A DNA stretch of 64,000 nucleotides from an uncultured beta proteobacterium (GCA_963733435.1 CAVTDH010000014.1:2266-66265), one strand, 5' to 3'; counted from the stretch's first letter, positions 32,580-43,340 are shown. Numbers and translations: made by a program. The notes: generated by a model from the sequence alone, not told the origin.

Positions 32580-33968
32580 TCAACCGGGCGGTCCGACCAC
32601 CGACAGCGAGGCCAGGAAATCGGCGAGGGTCATCGCGAACACGGGATCCATCTCGTCCAGCGAGTAGATCGTGCGCAGCATGCCAAGCTGTGCCGCCGAC
32701 AGCGGGCCCTTGCCGTCGGTGACCTCCCAGATGGCGAACTGCGTGGCCGTCGCGGTGAGCGAGCCGTTGACGATCGGGCGCGGGCGCGGCAGCCGGACGA
32801 TGGCGAGGATGCCCGGATGGGTCACCTGGCCGGCGATCTGGTAGGTCGCGTCGGTGTCCGCCGGCTTGCGCGACTGCTGCATGCAGTACAGGCTCAGCAT
32901 CACCTTCATGGTGCCGGGCGCCTGTGCCCAGATCGGCATCACCCATTTCGCGTCGTCCACCAGCACGCCGTCCTGGTAGCTGCCGCCGGCCGCCGGCCCG
33001 CCCGCCCCCCAGTTGATGTTGAGGATCTGCGTGCCGGCCGGCAGGTCGATCGTGTAGGACTCCCACGCCTTCGCGAGCGGATTGTTCGTCGCGGACGTCG
33101 GCAGCGCCGTCACGCTGATCTCCATGACGACGTCGACGAGACCAACGCCGGATCCCTGAGCGTTGGGCACCCGGCATTCCGGCTTGTCGCAACCGCGGAT
33201 CTCGCCGATCACCGTGAACGGCAGCGTCGTCTTCGCGACGGGCCGGCACAGTACGAGTCCTTCGAACGTCCAGCCCGGCATTCCCTCGAGAAGCCGCGGA
33301 TCCGACACGTAGCGGTGGTTCGGGTCGCCGCCGGCGCCATCGTTGTAGGCGCGATAGAGCGGCTCCGTCCCCGCCGCGCACGCGCCTCCCGCCGGCAACT
33401 TGAGCGCGAACGCGTCGCTCTCGTACGTCCAGGCCGGGTAGCTCTTCCCGTCGGCCGCGACCGACGGCCACGCGGTCTTCACGAACGCGCACTCGGCGGG
33501 ATCTCCCGTGTAGAAGTGGCTGTTGGGCCCGATGCGCGTTCCGTTCGCGCGATACTGATCGGTCCCGAAGAAGCGGCAGACCGGCACGCTGTCGGCGGGC
33601 CGGCCGGCCATCGCCCACGCGCCGAACGACTGTCCGGTGCGCTTCCACGCGCCGCCGAACGCACCGCCGTCGAGGTTCGCGATCTCCGCCGGGTCGGCGG
33701 TGATGAAGAAGTGCTTGAGCCCGACGTTGTAGTACTCGACCACCGTGACGACCGTTTCGGTCGCCTGCGGTGCGACCGCGTACGACTTGGCGACGAGGAA
33801 GGCTGCGGGGTCGTCCCGCAGTGCCTCCTTGTAGGCGCGACCCGAGACCCACGCGTCGGCGCCAAGCGCGGTTGCGGACGACGCGACGAGCGCCGCGCCG
33901 ATCACGAAGTGGGTGGCGATTCGATGAAGCAGGGCGAACAGCGGGTGTGCGCCTGAAATGGAAGGCAC
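32580..33968 (-). CDS. Secreted hypothetical protein: N-terminal YN..HF.T repeat region (DUF5648-like) plus an unassigned C-terminal half
   Basis: Probable GTG start at 33968, then a signal peptide ...FVIGAALVASSATALGADA. Repeats are EYYNVGLKHFFITADPAE..GGAWKRTG, CRFFG...NSHFYTGDPAE and LYRAYN...NHRYV..GWTFEG. The C-terminal ~220 aa has no motif I recognise. Confidence 0.7.
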   Translation of the reverse strand: MPSISGAHPLFALLHRIATHFVIGAALVASSATALGADAWVSGRAYKEALRDDPAAFLVAKSYAVAPQATETVVTVVEYYNVGLKHFFITADPAEIANLDGGAFGGAWKRTGQSFGAWAMAGRPADSVPVCRFFGTDQYRANGTRIGPNSHFYTGDPAECAFVKTAWPSVAADGKSYPAWTYESDAFALKLPAGGACAAGTEPLYRAYNDGAGGDPNHRYVSDPRLLEGMPGWTFEGLVLCRPVAKTTLPFTVIGEIRGCDKPECRVPNAQGSGVGLVDVVMEISVTALPTSATNNPLAKAWESYTIDLPAGTQILNINWGAGGPAAGGSYQDGVLVDDAKWVMPIWAQAPGTMKVMLSLYCMQQSRKPADTDATYQIAGQVTHPGILAIVRLPRPRPIVNGSLTATATQFAIWEVTDGKGPLSAAQLGMLRTIYSLDEMDPVFAMTLADFLASLSVVGPPG

Positions 33969-34108
33969 GGGTATCGCATAGGTCCGATCCTTTCGGCTTG
34001 AACGCGGAACATGCTGCTGCGATTCTGCCACGGCGGCACCGGCCGCCGTCAACGCATTATTCCCGTGCTTCCCCGCGCCCCGCCGTGGTCGGGAGCACGG
34101 ACGCCCGC

Positions 34109-35338
34109 TCAACGCGCATAGCGAATCCGGTAGATCGCGCCCGCGTAATCGTCGCTGACGTACAGCGACCCGTCCGGCCCGACGAGGACGTCGGCCGGGC
34201 GCCCCCAGGCCTGCTGTCCCTGCAGCCAGCCTTCGGCGAAGGGCTCGTAGGCGACCGCCTTGCCGTTGCCGTCCAGCCGCACCAGTGTCACGCGATAGCC
34301 GATCTTCTGGCTGCGGTTCCACGAACCGTGTTCGGCGATGAACACCTGGTTGCGGTACGCCTCCGGGAATTGCGTGCCGGTGTAGAAGCGCATGCCGAGC
34401 GGCGCGACGTGCGGTCCCAGGTTCTGCGCGGGCGCGACGAACTCGGTGCACGCCCTGGCCTTGCCGAACTCCGGGTCGGCGATGGTGCCGCCGTGACAGA
34501 ACGGATAACCGAAGTGCTGGCCCGGCTTCGTCACGCGGTTCAGCTCGCACGGCGGCAGGTCGTCGCCCAGCATGTCGCGTCCGTTGTCGGTGAACCACAG
34601 TTCCTTCGTCTCCGGATGCCAGTCGAACCCGACCGAATTGCGCACGCCGCGCGCGACGATCTCGCGTCCGCTGCCGTCGGCGTTCATCCGCACGATGATC
34701 GTGTACTTCTCGGGATCGGGCAGGCAGATGTTGCACGGCGCGCCGACCGGGACGTAGAGCTTGCCATCGGGTCCGAATGCAATGAACTTGCGGCCGTGAT
34801 GGCCGTCGGACGGAAACGCGTCGCTGACGACGACCGGCGCCGGCGGGCTGTCGAGGCGGCGCTCGATGTCGTCGAAACGCAGGATCCGGCTTACCGCGGA
34901 CACGTACAGCGCACCATCGCGGAACGCGACACCGGACGGATCGCGCAAGCCCGTCGCGATCGTGCGCACGCGCGCGGGTTCCGCGGTGCCCGGGCGCGGC
35001 AGCGTGATCGCGTGGACGGACCCCGCGGACGTGCCGACGAAGAGCGTACCGGCCGTTCCCCACGTCATCGCGCGCGCGCTGGCGACGCGCGCGACGGTCT
35101 CGATCGCAAAGCCCGGCGGCAGCTTGATGCGCTCGAGCGGCAGCGCGGACTGCGCGCCGGCCGCGCCGGCGCCCATGGCCAGCACCATGAAGGCCGCGAA
35201 GGCGATGCGCGCCGTGTGCGCTGCCGATTCCCGCACCACGCGATGCGGCGATTCAACCTGCGGTGCGCCACGCGCGCGATAAGCGTTGTTCGACGTCGAC
35301 ATGGACATGCTCCGCGAGCCCTTGGACACCGGCATCAT
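34109..35338 (-). CDS. PQQ-dependent sugar (sorbosone/glucose) dehydrogenase family beta-propeller
   Basis: LRDPSGVAF, HHGRKFIAFGPDGKLYVPVGAPCN, DNGRDMLGDDLPPCELN, GQHFGYPFCHG and GRPADVLVGPDGSLYVSDD. The start codon is uncertain. Confidence 0.85.
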   Translation of the reverse strand: MMPVSKGSRSMSMSTSNNAYRARGAPQVESPHRVVRESAAHTARIAFAAFMVLAMGAGAAGAQSALPLERIKLPPGFAIETVARVASARAMTWGTAGTLFVGTSAGSVHAITLPRPGTAEPARVRTIATGLRDPSGVAFRDGALYVSAVSRILRFDDIERRLDSPPAPVVVSDAFPSDGHHGRKFIAFGPDGKLYVPVGAPCNICLPDPEKYTIIVRMNADGSGREIVARGVRNSVGFDWHPETKELWFTDNGRDMLGDDLPPCELNRVTKPGQHFGYPFCHGGTIADPEFGKARACTEFVAPAQNLGPHVAPLGMRFYTGTQFPEAYRNQVFIAEHGSWNRSQKIGYRVTLVRLDGNGKAVAYEPFAEGWLQGQQAWGRPADVLVGPDGSLYVSDDYAGAIYRIRYAR

Positions 35339-35419
35339 AAGGCCGCGGCGGGGACCGTCGCGATTGGTCGCCCCGGAACGCCGGTGCTATCCTGCGCCTT
35401 TGTATCGAGGAGGTTCGCG

Positions 35420-36640
35420 ATGAACGCCCCAGCCACCCATGCGCAAGTCGACCGGCCGGCCGGCACGGCGCGCGCGGAAGACCTGGTCTGCCTCGACCTC
35501 ATCCGCACGCTCGTCGGCTTCGACACGACGAGTCGCGACTCCAATCTCGCGCTGATCGACTGGGTGCGGCGGTACCTGACCGGCCACGGCATCGAGTCGT
35601 CGCTGACGTTCGACGACGACGGGCGCAAGGCCAACCTGTTCGCGACGATCCCCGCCCGCGACGGCAACGCGACCGAGGGCGGCATCGTGCTGTCCGGCCA
35701 CACGGACGTCGTGCCGGTCGACGGGCAGCCGTGGGACACCCCGCCGTTCACGGTCACCGAGCGCGACGGGAAGCTCTTCGGGCGAGGCGTGACCGACATG
35801 AAGAGCTTCTCGGCGATCGGCCTCGCGTTCGTGCCGGAGTTCCTGCGCCGGGGGCTCGCGAAGCCCATCCATTTCGCGCTGTCGTACGACGAGGAAGTGG
35901 GCTGCATCGGCGTGCGCCGCCTCATCGCCGACATCGCCGCGCGCGGACTCCGGCCGGCCGGCTGCATCGTCGGCGAGCCGACCGGGATGGAAACGGTCGT
36001 CGCGCACAAGGGCAAGATGGGCTGGCGCTGTCGCGTGCGCGGCTTCGAGGCGCACTCCTCGCTCACCCCGCTCGGCGTCAATGCCGTGCAGATCGCCGCC
36101 GAGATCGTCGCGTACGTGGCGCACCGCGCGCGCCAGTTCCGCGATGCGGGCGCGCAGGACGATGCCTACGACGTGCCGTACACGACCGTCCACGTGGGAG
36201 TGATCCACGGCGGGACGGCGCTCAACATCGTGCCGCGCGACTGCACGTTCGACTTCGAGATCCGCCACCTTCCGTTCGACGACCCGAATGCGTTCTTCGC
36301 GGACGTGCAGGCGTTCGCCGCGACGTTCCTGCCGGCCATGCACGCCGTGCACAAGGACACGTGGATCGAGTTCGACCACCTGTCGACGCTGCCGGGATTC
36401 GACACCCACGACGGCAGCGCGATCACGACGCTCGCGCACCGGTGCAACGGCACGCACGACGTCGGCAAGGTCTCGTTCGGCACCGAGGCGTCGCTCTTCC
36501 ACCGCGCGAACATTCCGACCGTCATCTGCGGCCCCGGCCACATTGCCCAGGCGCACCAGCCCAACGAGTGGGTGACGATCGAGCAGCTCGCCCGCTGCGA
36601 GGCGTTCATGCGCCGGCTGGTCGAGCACGTCGCCGCGTGA
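35420..36640 (+). CDS. argE: Acetylornithine deacetylase (M20 peptidase family)
   Basis: GAGGAGG Shine-Dalgarno sequence 7 nt upstream. Contains LSGHTDVVPVDGQPW, GRGVTDMKSF, YDEEVGCIG and GPGHIAQAHQPNEWV. Confidence 0.8.
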   Translation: MNAPATHAQVDRPAGTARAEDLVCLDLIRTLVGFDTTSRDSNLALIDWVRRYLTGHGIESSLTFDDDGRKANLFATIPARDGNATEGGIVLSGHTDVVPVDGQPWDTPPFTVTERDGKLFGRGVTDMKSFSAIGLAFVPEFLRRGLAKPIHFALSYDEEVGCIGVRRLIADIAARGLRPAGCIVGEPTGMETVVAHKGKMGWRCRVRGFEAHSSLTPLGVNAVQIAAEIVAYVAHRARQFRDAGAQDDAYDVPYTTVHVGVIHGGTALNIVPRDCTFDFEIRHLPFDDPNAFFADVQAFAATFLPAMHAVHKDTWIEFDHLSTLPGFDTHDGSAITTLAHRCNGTHDVGKVSFGTEASLFHRANIPTVICGPGHIAQAHQPNEWVTIEQLARCEAFMRRLVEHVAA

Positions 36641-36659
36641 GCGGCAACGTGAGGATGAA

Positions 36660-37623
36660 GTGAGCGGCCCGCGGATGGACACGCCCGCGATCGAGGTCGC
36701 GTTTCCCGACCTGTCGCGCTGGGCCGAGGGCAACACGGGCATCCCCTACGTATGGCGCTTCGCCTCCGGGCGGCCGGGGCCGCGCGTGACGATCCAGGCG
36801 CTGACGCACGGCAACGAAGTGTGCGGCGCGATCGTGAACGACTGGCTGCTCCGCGAAGGCGTGCGGCCGCTGCGCGGCACGCTGACGCTGACGTTCGCGA
36901 ACGTCGACGCGTTCCTGCGCTTCGATCGCAGCCGATCCGTACGCGTCGCGCTGTGTCGACGAGGACTTCAATCGGCTGTGGTCGGCGGACGTGCTGGACG
37001 GGCCACGGCAGTCGCGGGATCTCGTGCGCGCACGCGCGTTGCGTTGCGTCTACGACGACACCGACCACCTGCTCGACCTGCACTCGATGACGGACCCATG
37101 CCCGCCGCTCGCGCTCGCCGGGCGCCAGCGCAAGGGACTCGAGCTCGCACGGGCGGTCGGCGTGCCGGAGCACATCGTGATCGACGCGGGGCATGCCGCC
37201 GGCAAGCGGCTGCGCGACTATGGCGCGTTCGACGACCCGGACGACCCGCGCAGTGCGCTGCTGATCGAATGCGGCCAGCACTGGGAGCGCGCGGCGCCGG
37301 ACGTCGCGCGACAGGCGGTGCTGCGCTTCCTCCGCCACTTCGGCATGCTCGACCGCGCGTTCCTCGAGGCGTATCTCGACCCGACGCCACCGCCACCGCA
37401 GCGCGCGATCGAGATCACCGACGTCGTCACGATCGGCTCGGACGACTTCGCGTTCGCGCAAGCGGTGGTCGGGCTCACCGTGATCCGCAAGGGCGGCGCG
37501 CTGCTCGCGCGCGACGGAACGGCGCAGGTGCGCACGCCGTACGACGACGCCGTGCTGATCATGCCGACGCGGCGCCCGCGCAAGGGCGAGACCGCCGTGC
37601 GCATCGGCCGCTTCGTGACTTAG
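36660..37623 (+). pseudogene. Succinylglutamate desuccinylase/aspartoacylase (AstE/AspA) family protein, one frameshift at about 36932
   Basis: LTHGNEVCG zinc motif. The frame break is explained by one extra C (CGCAGCCGATCCG versus expected CGCAGCGATCCG, giving FDRSDPYASRCVDEDFNRLW). The C-terminal part is ORF 36991-37623. Confidence 0.8.
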
Positions 37624-37800
37624 GAAACGTCCGCAAAAGGCGTCCGTGGGGCCTGTGGATGACGTGAATCTTGCGTCGCGCCTTTTGCTGACCGGCACTT
37701 CAACTGCGAAGTCAGGCGGCCGCCAACAAAGGCTACTGAAAAACGAATGTCGTGCGGCGGGCTGCGTGCGAGTCGTTCGACGACGGGGTGTTCGCAGGGC
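37624..37800 (+). repeat. Structured intergenic repeat, copy 1; begins directly after the TAG stop of the upstream gene
   Basis: About 75-80% identical by eye to the reverse complement of 58750-58945. The core hairpin is GCAAAAGGCG (37633-37642) with CGCCTTTTGC (37679-37688). It is flanked by TAGGAAA / TTTCCTA, which contain the two convergent stop codons. Confidence 0.6.
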
Positions 37801-37804
37801 TTTC

Positions 37805-38623
37805 CTAGCGCGGCCCGCGCGCGACTTCGCGCAACAGTCCCGCGGCGGCCTGCACGCGCATGCCCGCGCGGACGCCCCGCGCCTGCGCCGGTGCGTTGAC
37901 GGCCGAAACGATTCCGGTCTCCCACATCGAGCCCGCATCGCCGATCCGCGCCGAACGATAGTCGACGGCACCCGCGGGCATCGCGCGTTCCGCGAGGATC
38001 GGCAGCCGCGACAGGCCCGCCTCCCCGCAGTCCGCGTCCGGCGTCGTGGAAGAACGCGGCACGTGCCGCGACGGGCAGCGCACTGGCCGGGTCGCCACCG
38101 TGCAGCGCGCAGTGCGAGCCGACGACGAGCACGCAGTCGACATCGGCCGCCGTGACCAGTCCGATCGAGTCCATGCCGCGCACCGCCGCGCGCCCTGCGC
38201 GGCCGGTGCGAATTCGCGGCGCGACTGCGGCGGAAACGGCACGTCGCCCGTTCGCCACGGCGCCGTCGCCAGCCGCGCCGCGGCGTCGGCGCAGGACATT
38301 CCGGTTGCCACGCCCATCGCTGCCGCGTCCGCATTGCACAGGCTGACGACGCCGTGCGCGAAGGTGTCGGCGGCGTCCCCGATGCGGGCCGTCAGGTGAT
38401 CGACGGCGCACGCCGGTATGCCGACACGCGCCAGCGCGGCGAGTCCCGCGACGCCCGCGTCGTCGCGGCCGCGACCCGCATCGTTGAAGATTGCCGCACG
38501 CACGCGACCGTGCGCCGCATAGGCGGCGGCAATGAGTCCGCCGTGCGAACCGGTGACGACGACCTGCCCCGCATGCGCGGCCGTCAGCTGGGTGACCGTA
38601 TCGGCGACGACGGGACCTGGCAT
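37805..38623 (-). pseudogene. Hypothetical protein built from two homologous halves; two frame changes
   Basis: Half 1 is VVVTGSHGG...AAIFNDAGRGRDDAGVAGLAALARVGIPACAVDHLTARIGDA...GVVSLCNADAAAMGV. Half 2 is VLVVGSHCA...AAFFHDAG..CGEAGLSRLPILAERAMPAGAVDYRSARIGDA...GIVSAVNAPAQARGV. The start is 2 nt after the upstream DctP-like stop. Confidence 0.55.
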
Positions 38624-38625
38624 CG

Positions 38626-39688
38626 CTACTTCGCGACGGGTCCGGGCGCCACGGGTTGCCCCACCGCCCCCTCCGGCCGCACGCCCGCGACGGCGCGTTC
38701 CGCGGCGGCCGCGAGCTCCGGGCCCATCGTCTGCGCCCACTTCGCGACGATCGGTGCGACCGCCGTCCGGAACGCCGCGCGTTGCGCCGCGGTCAGCTCG
38801 ACGATCGTGACGCCCTGCCGCGTGAGGTCGGCGAGCGCACTCTCCTCGCGCGCGAGCGCGGTCGACTCGCGCGCCGCCGCGAGGGCAGCCGCCCGCACGG
38901 CGTCGCGCTGTGCCGCGGGCCACGCATCCCATGCGGTGCGACGTACGGCGAAGACGAGTTGATCGCCGAACGCGCCCCAGCGCGTGACGAAGCGCATGCC
39001 CCCCGCCGCGATGCGCGCGGTGGCAAGCGTCGACGGCGGTGCGTCCTGCCCGTCGAGCGTGCCGGCGGCGAACGCCGCCTGCGCCTGCGCGAAGTCGAGC
39101 GACTCCGGCCGCGCGCCGAGCGCCGCGTAGGTCTCGATCAGCAGCGGATTGGCAGGCACGCGCACGCGCAGTCCCGCTGCGTCGGCCGGCGTGCGCAGCG
39201 CGCCCTTGCCCGTCGCGACCACGCGCTCGCCCAGCGGCGCGATCGACCAGCACGACGACGCCCGCGCGCATCGCCTGGCCCTGCACGAGTTCGAGCAGCG
39301 GGCCATCCGCGGCGAGCGCCTGCTGCGCGCGCACGTCGCCGGCGAGCCACGGCAGCACGAAGGCACCGAAGGCGGGCAGCTGCGCGCTCCACGCGAGCGC
39401 GCTGCCGACGGCCAGGTCCGCGTCGCCGTCGCGCAGTGCGCCGAACTCGCGCGCGGGGTCGCGCAGCGCCAGCACCGCACCGGGATAGAGCTTCGCCTCG
39501 AATTTCCCGCCGGCCGCCTCGTTCACCGATTGCGCCCACCGCAGGGCTGCCTTGCCGAGCGGAAACGCCGGCCCCTGCGCCACCGACAGGCGCAGTTCCG
39601 GCGTCGTGTCGACCTTCGTCTGCGCGGCAGCGTCGAGGACCGCCGTCGCGACCAGCAGGATCGCCAATGCGCGCGCCGCGTTGCGCAC
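38626..39688 (-). pseudogene. DctP-family TRAP substrate-binding protein (no DctQM adjacent), one frameshift near 39240
   Basis: Signal peptide MRNAARALAILLVATAVLDAAAQ, then LRVRVPANPLLIETYAALGARP and AFAAGTLDGQDAPPSTL. The protein is split between the frames of ORFs 37805-39688 and 38626-39480. Confidence 0.75.
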
Positions 39689-39734
39689 GGCCGCGATGCC
39701 GGGAGGAAGCTCTCATCGTCGCGAGTCTAGCAGT

Positions 39735-42178
39735 TCAATCGGGCGGCGCCGGGAGCGGCGAGGGCAGGTCGAGCCAGTAGCGCGCGCGCTGCGCACGCGC
39801 GGATTCCGGCACGAGGGGCGCGTCCGCCGCGAACGTCAGCGCGATCGCCCCTTCGAGGTCGGTGCGCACGACCCGCGTACCGCGGTTGGTGTAGCGCGCG
39901 ACGATGTCCGGCCGCGGATGTCCGAAGCGGTTGCGGTACCCGCAGCCGATCACCGCGAGATCCGGCGCCACGGCGCGCACGAACGCATGCGTGGACGACG
40001 TGCGGGAGCCGTGATGCGGAACGACGAGCACATCGGCGCGCAGCAGCGCGGGCGCCGCGCGCAGCAGCACGGCCTCGGCGCGCGCCTCGATGTCGCCGGC
40101 GATCAGCGCGCTGCCGTGCGACGAGTCGATGCGCACGACGCACGAAAGGTCGTTGGTCTTCGCGTAGCGGTCCTCGTAGTCCGCCTGGGTCGGGTGCAGC
40201 ATCGTGAAGCGCACGTCGTCCCACGTCCAGGTCTGGCCCGCGACGCATGCGAACGCGAGCGCGCGCTGGCGCGCGAGTTCGACGACCGGATGCGTGTCCG
40301 GCAGCGACGACGCGAACCAGCCGACCGGCGTGGCCGCCAGCAGCGAGCGCGCGCCACCGGAATGGTCGAGGTCCTGGTGGCTGACGATCAGCGCGTCGGC
40401 GCGGCGCATCCCGGACGCGCGCAGGAACGGCGCGACGATGCGCCCGCCGGCATCGGCCACGTCGGTGTAGCGCGGGCCGGTGTCGTAGACGAGCGTGTGC
40501 CGGCGCGTCTCCACGACGACCGCGAGGCCCTGCCCCACGTCGAGAATCGACATCCGGAACGCGCCCTCCGGCAATGGAGGCGGCAGCGCGGCGAAGAGCG
40601 GAACGAGGCCCACGCAGCCCCACGCACGGCCGGGCACGCCACGAGGCGCCAGCAGCCACGCGATCGCCGCGCTCGCGACCGCGACGGTCCAGGCGGCGGC
40701 GCATGCTGCTGCCACGTCGCGTCGGGCAGCGCCGCCAGCGCTTCGAGCAGCGTCATCAGCGGCGCCAGCACCCCGTGCGCGATGACAAACGGCGCATCGA
40801 AGGGGACCGCGATGCCCGCGAGCGCGGGCGGCACGACGCCGAGCGTGACGACCGGGATCGCCACCGCATTGGCGAGCGGTGCGATCAGCGAGACCTGCTG
40901 GAAGAGTGCCAGCACCATCGGCGTCAAGCCGATCGTTACCACCCACTGCGCGTGCGCGCCGTCGCGCAGCGTGGCGCGCAACCGCGGCCACGGACGCCGG
41001 GGCGGCGGCTCGTGCAGGCGCCCGTTACCGGCGTAGAGCAGCAACGCGACTGCGCCATACGAAAGCCAGAATCCCGGCGTGAGCGGCGCCCACGGGTCCC
41101 ATGCGAGGACGACGGCGAGCGCCCACAGCCACACGATGCCCGCGGTGCCGGGCCGGCCGAGCCAGAGTCCGCACGCGGCGACCGCCAGCATGCAGAACGT
41201 GCGCACGGCCGGGACTTCGGCCCCGGCCAGCAGGACATAGGCGCCGGCGGCCACCACGCCGACGGCCGTCGCGAGCTTGCGCGCGGGCACGCGCGTCGTG
41301 AGCCTTGCACTTCGTCGCGCGACGCCGAAGGCCAGCGCACCCGCGAACGCGGCGAACACGGTGACGTGGAGGCCGCTGATGCTGACGAGATGTCCGACGC
41401 CGGTGCGATTGAACACGGTCCACTGCGCCTCGGGAATCGCCCGCTGGTCGCCGATCGCGAGCGCCACGACCACGCCGGCGTAGGGCCGGCCGGCGAGCGC
41501 AGCGTTGATCCGGTCGCGGACGATCTCGCGTGCGCGCTGCACGTGGTCCGACGCGCGCCCGGCGAACGACGCGACGCGCACGTTGGACGGGCGTTCCTGC
41601 ACGGTGCCCGTCGCGCGCAGACCGTGCTGCAGCAGCCACGCCTCGAGATCGAAGCCGCCGTGGTTCACGTTGCCATGCGGACGCTTCAGGCGCACGGTGA
41701 CGCGCCACCGCTCGCCTGCGCGCAGCGCGGGCACCGGCGCGGCATCGCCGTCGTCGTCGTCGGACCACGGCACGGGCCACAGCAGCGAAACGCGCGGCGG
41801 CACGACGGCGCCGCGCGTGAGCACGCGCTCCACCGCGAACGCGAAGCGAACCCCTTGCGCACCGGTGGCGGGCAGGTCGTCGACGATACCCTCGATGGCG
41901 ATGTCGGCGCCTTCCCACGCGTGCGGCAATTCGAGGGAAAGGCGCAGGTCGGCACGCCATCCCGCGTAGCCGAATCCCAGTGCGAACGCGGCGGCCCCCG
42001 CGAGCCCGGCGCGCACGACGCGCTGCAATGCCCGTCCGCGCGCACCGCGGACCCACAGAAGTGCGACGACCCCGCCCGCGATCAGCGCGATCGGATACGC
42101 GGGCAGCGTCGCGCGCGTCTGGAGCGCGACGACGCCCGACGCGAACGCAAGCAGGACCAGGGCCGGCAGTGGGAGCAT
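39735..42178 (-). pseudogene. comEC: DNA internalization-related competence protein ComEC/Rec2, one frameshift near 40700
   Basis: N-terminal polytopic competence domain (NRTGVGHLVSISGLHV) and C-terminal metallo-beta-lactamase domain (ILDVGQGLAVVVE, SHQDLDHSGG, VVPHHGS). Confidence 0.85.
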
Positions 42179-42406
42179 CGTGCCGCGACGCGCGGCAGAC
42201 GCGGGTGGCGGGCGACGAATCTAGCGCGGGTGCGCTGCGACGGCGATACGCCGTTCGGATGATCTTGCGCTGTGCCCTCGGTGGACATCGGAAGTGCGGA
42301 GGAAACCGCCAGGACGATCGAGGCCGCTTCGAGACGCGGATGCAGCGCCGATCGGAAGTTCGAACCGAGGCCCGGACCGCGGACTGAAGCGAGGTTCGCG
42401 CTCCGG

Positions 42407-42835
42407 CTACGCCTTCGGCCAGAGGATCAACTGCGTGCAGCGAAACAGCGCCATCTGTCGCCCGTCCGCCTTGCGCGTGACCTCCGCGTCCCACACCTGC
42501 GTCGAGTTGCCGAGATGCACCGGCCGCGCGACCGTCGCCACCGTGCCTTCGCGCGCGGTCGCGAAGAAGTTGCTCTTCAGTTCGACCGTCGTGAAGTTCG
42601 AGGCCCCCTGCGGCAGGTGGGCAAGGCAGCCGTAGCCGCACGCGGTGTCGGCGAGCGCGATGATCGTCGCCGCATGCAGGTAGCCGTTGGGCGCGAGCAA
42701 CTCGGGGCGCAGGTCGAGTTCCGCGCCGAGCATTCCCTCCGCCAGCGCGGTGACCCGCATCCCGACCAGCGCCGGCAACCGGCCGACGCCGCGTGCGTTG
42801 AACTGCTCGATCGTCACGTCCGGTCGCAATGGCAT
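42407..42835 (-). CDS. PaaI-family hotdog thioesterase
   Basis: NGYLHAATIIALADTACGYG and TVELKSNFF motifs. Confidence 0.85.
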   Translation of the reverse strand: MPLRPDVTIEQFNARGVGRLPALVGMRVTALAEGMLGAELDLRPELLAPNGYLHAATIIALADTACGYGCLAHLPQGASNFTTVELKSNFFATAREGTVATVARPVHLGNSTQVWDAEVTRKADGRQMALFRCTQLILWPKA

Positions 42836-42860
42836 CGCGCGCTCCGTGGGGTCTGCAGCT

Positions 42861-43340
42861 TCAGGTGTACGCGAGCAGCCGCCCGCACGCGATCACGGCC
42901 GGCCACAGCAGCAGCGACAGCGCGGCCGCCGCGCGCACGCGCGCCGGCGGCATCGCGCCGGTGTCCCACGCCGCGACCGACGTCAGCGGCCCCGCGTGCA
43001 GGATGCCCGCGTTGGCGCCCGCTGCGACGATCAGCAGCAGCTTGAGCACGAACACGCGGTTCTCGAGGAACTCGGACGGATGCGCGGTGAAGAGCAGCGT
43101 GCCGGACACGACGACGACGAGGAACGCGCCGACCGTCACCGGCAGCGCGAGCCGTGCGAGCCGGGTGACCGGAAGTGCGCGTCCCAGCCCCAGCAAGCGC
43201 AGATCGACGACCAGCACCGAACCGAACAGCGCGGCCAGCCCGATGATGTGGATCGTCTCGACCGCCGGGTATGCCCAAAGCGATTCGCGCAGCGTGCGGC
43301 CGAGACCGGAGGACTCCAGCGCGTGCAGCGCGGTCGTCAC
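42861..43340 (-). CDS. Integral membrane protein of unknown function (possibly DUF6644-like)
   Basis: Four predicted TM helices. The GTG start overlaps the stop of the upstream small periplasmic protein gene (GTGA). Confidence 0.55.
   Translation of the reverse strand: MTTALHALESSGLGRTLRESLWAYPAVETIHIIGLAALFGSVLVVDLRLLGLGRALPVTRLARLALPVTVGAFLVVVVSGTLLFTAHPSEFLENRVFVLKLLLIVAAGANAGILHAGPLTSVAAWDTGAMPPARVRAAAALSLLLWPAVIACGRLLAYT

Noticed and set aside
42330-42406. tRNA-like T-loop sequence (GGAAGTTCGAACCGA, GAGGTTCGCG) between comEC and the thioesterase gene.
   Set aside because: I could not fold either strand into a cloverleaf. There is no matching acceptor, D or anticodon stem, and the T-stem pairing is non-canonical. 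It is probably chance or a degraded fragment. tRNAscan-SE or ARAGORN would settle it.
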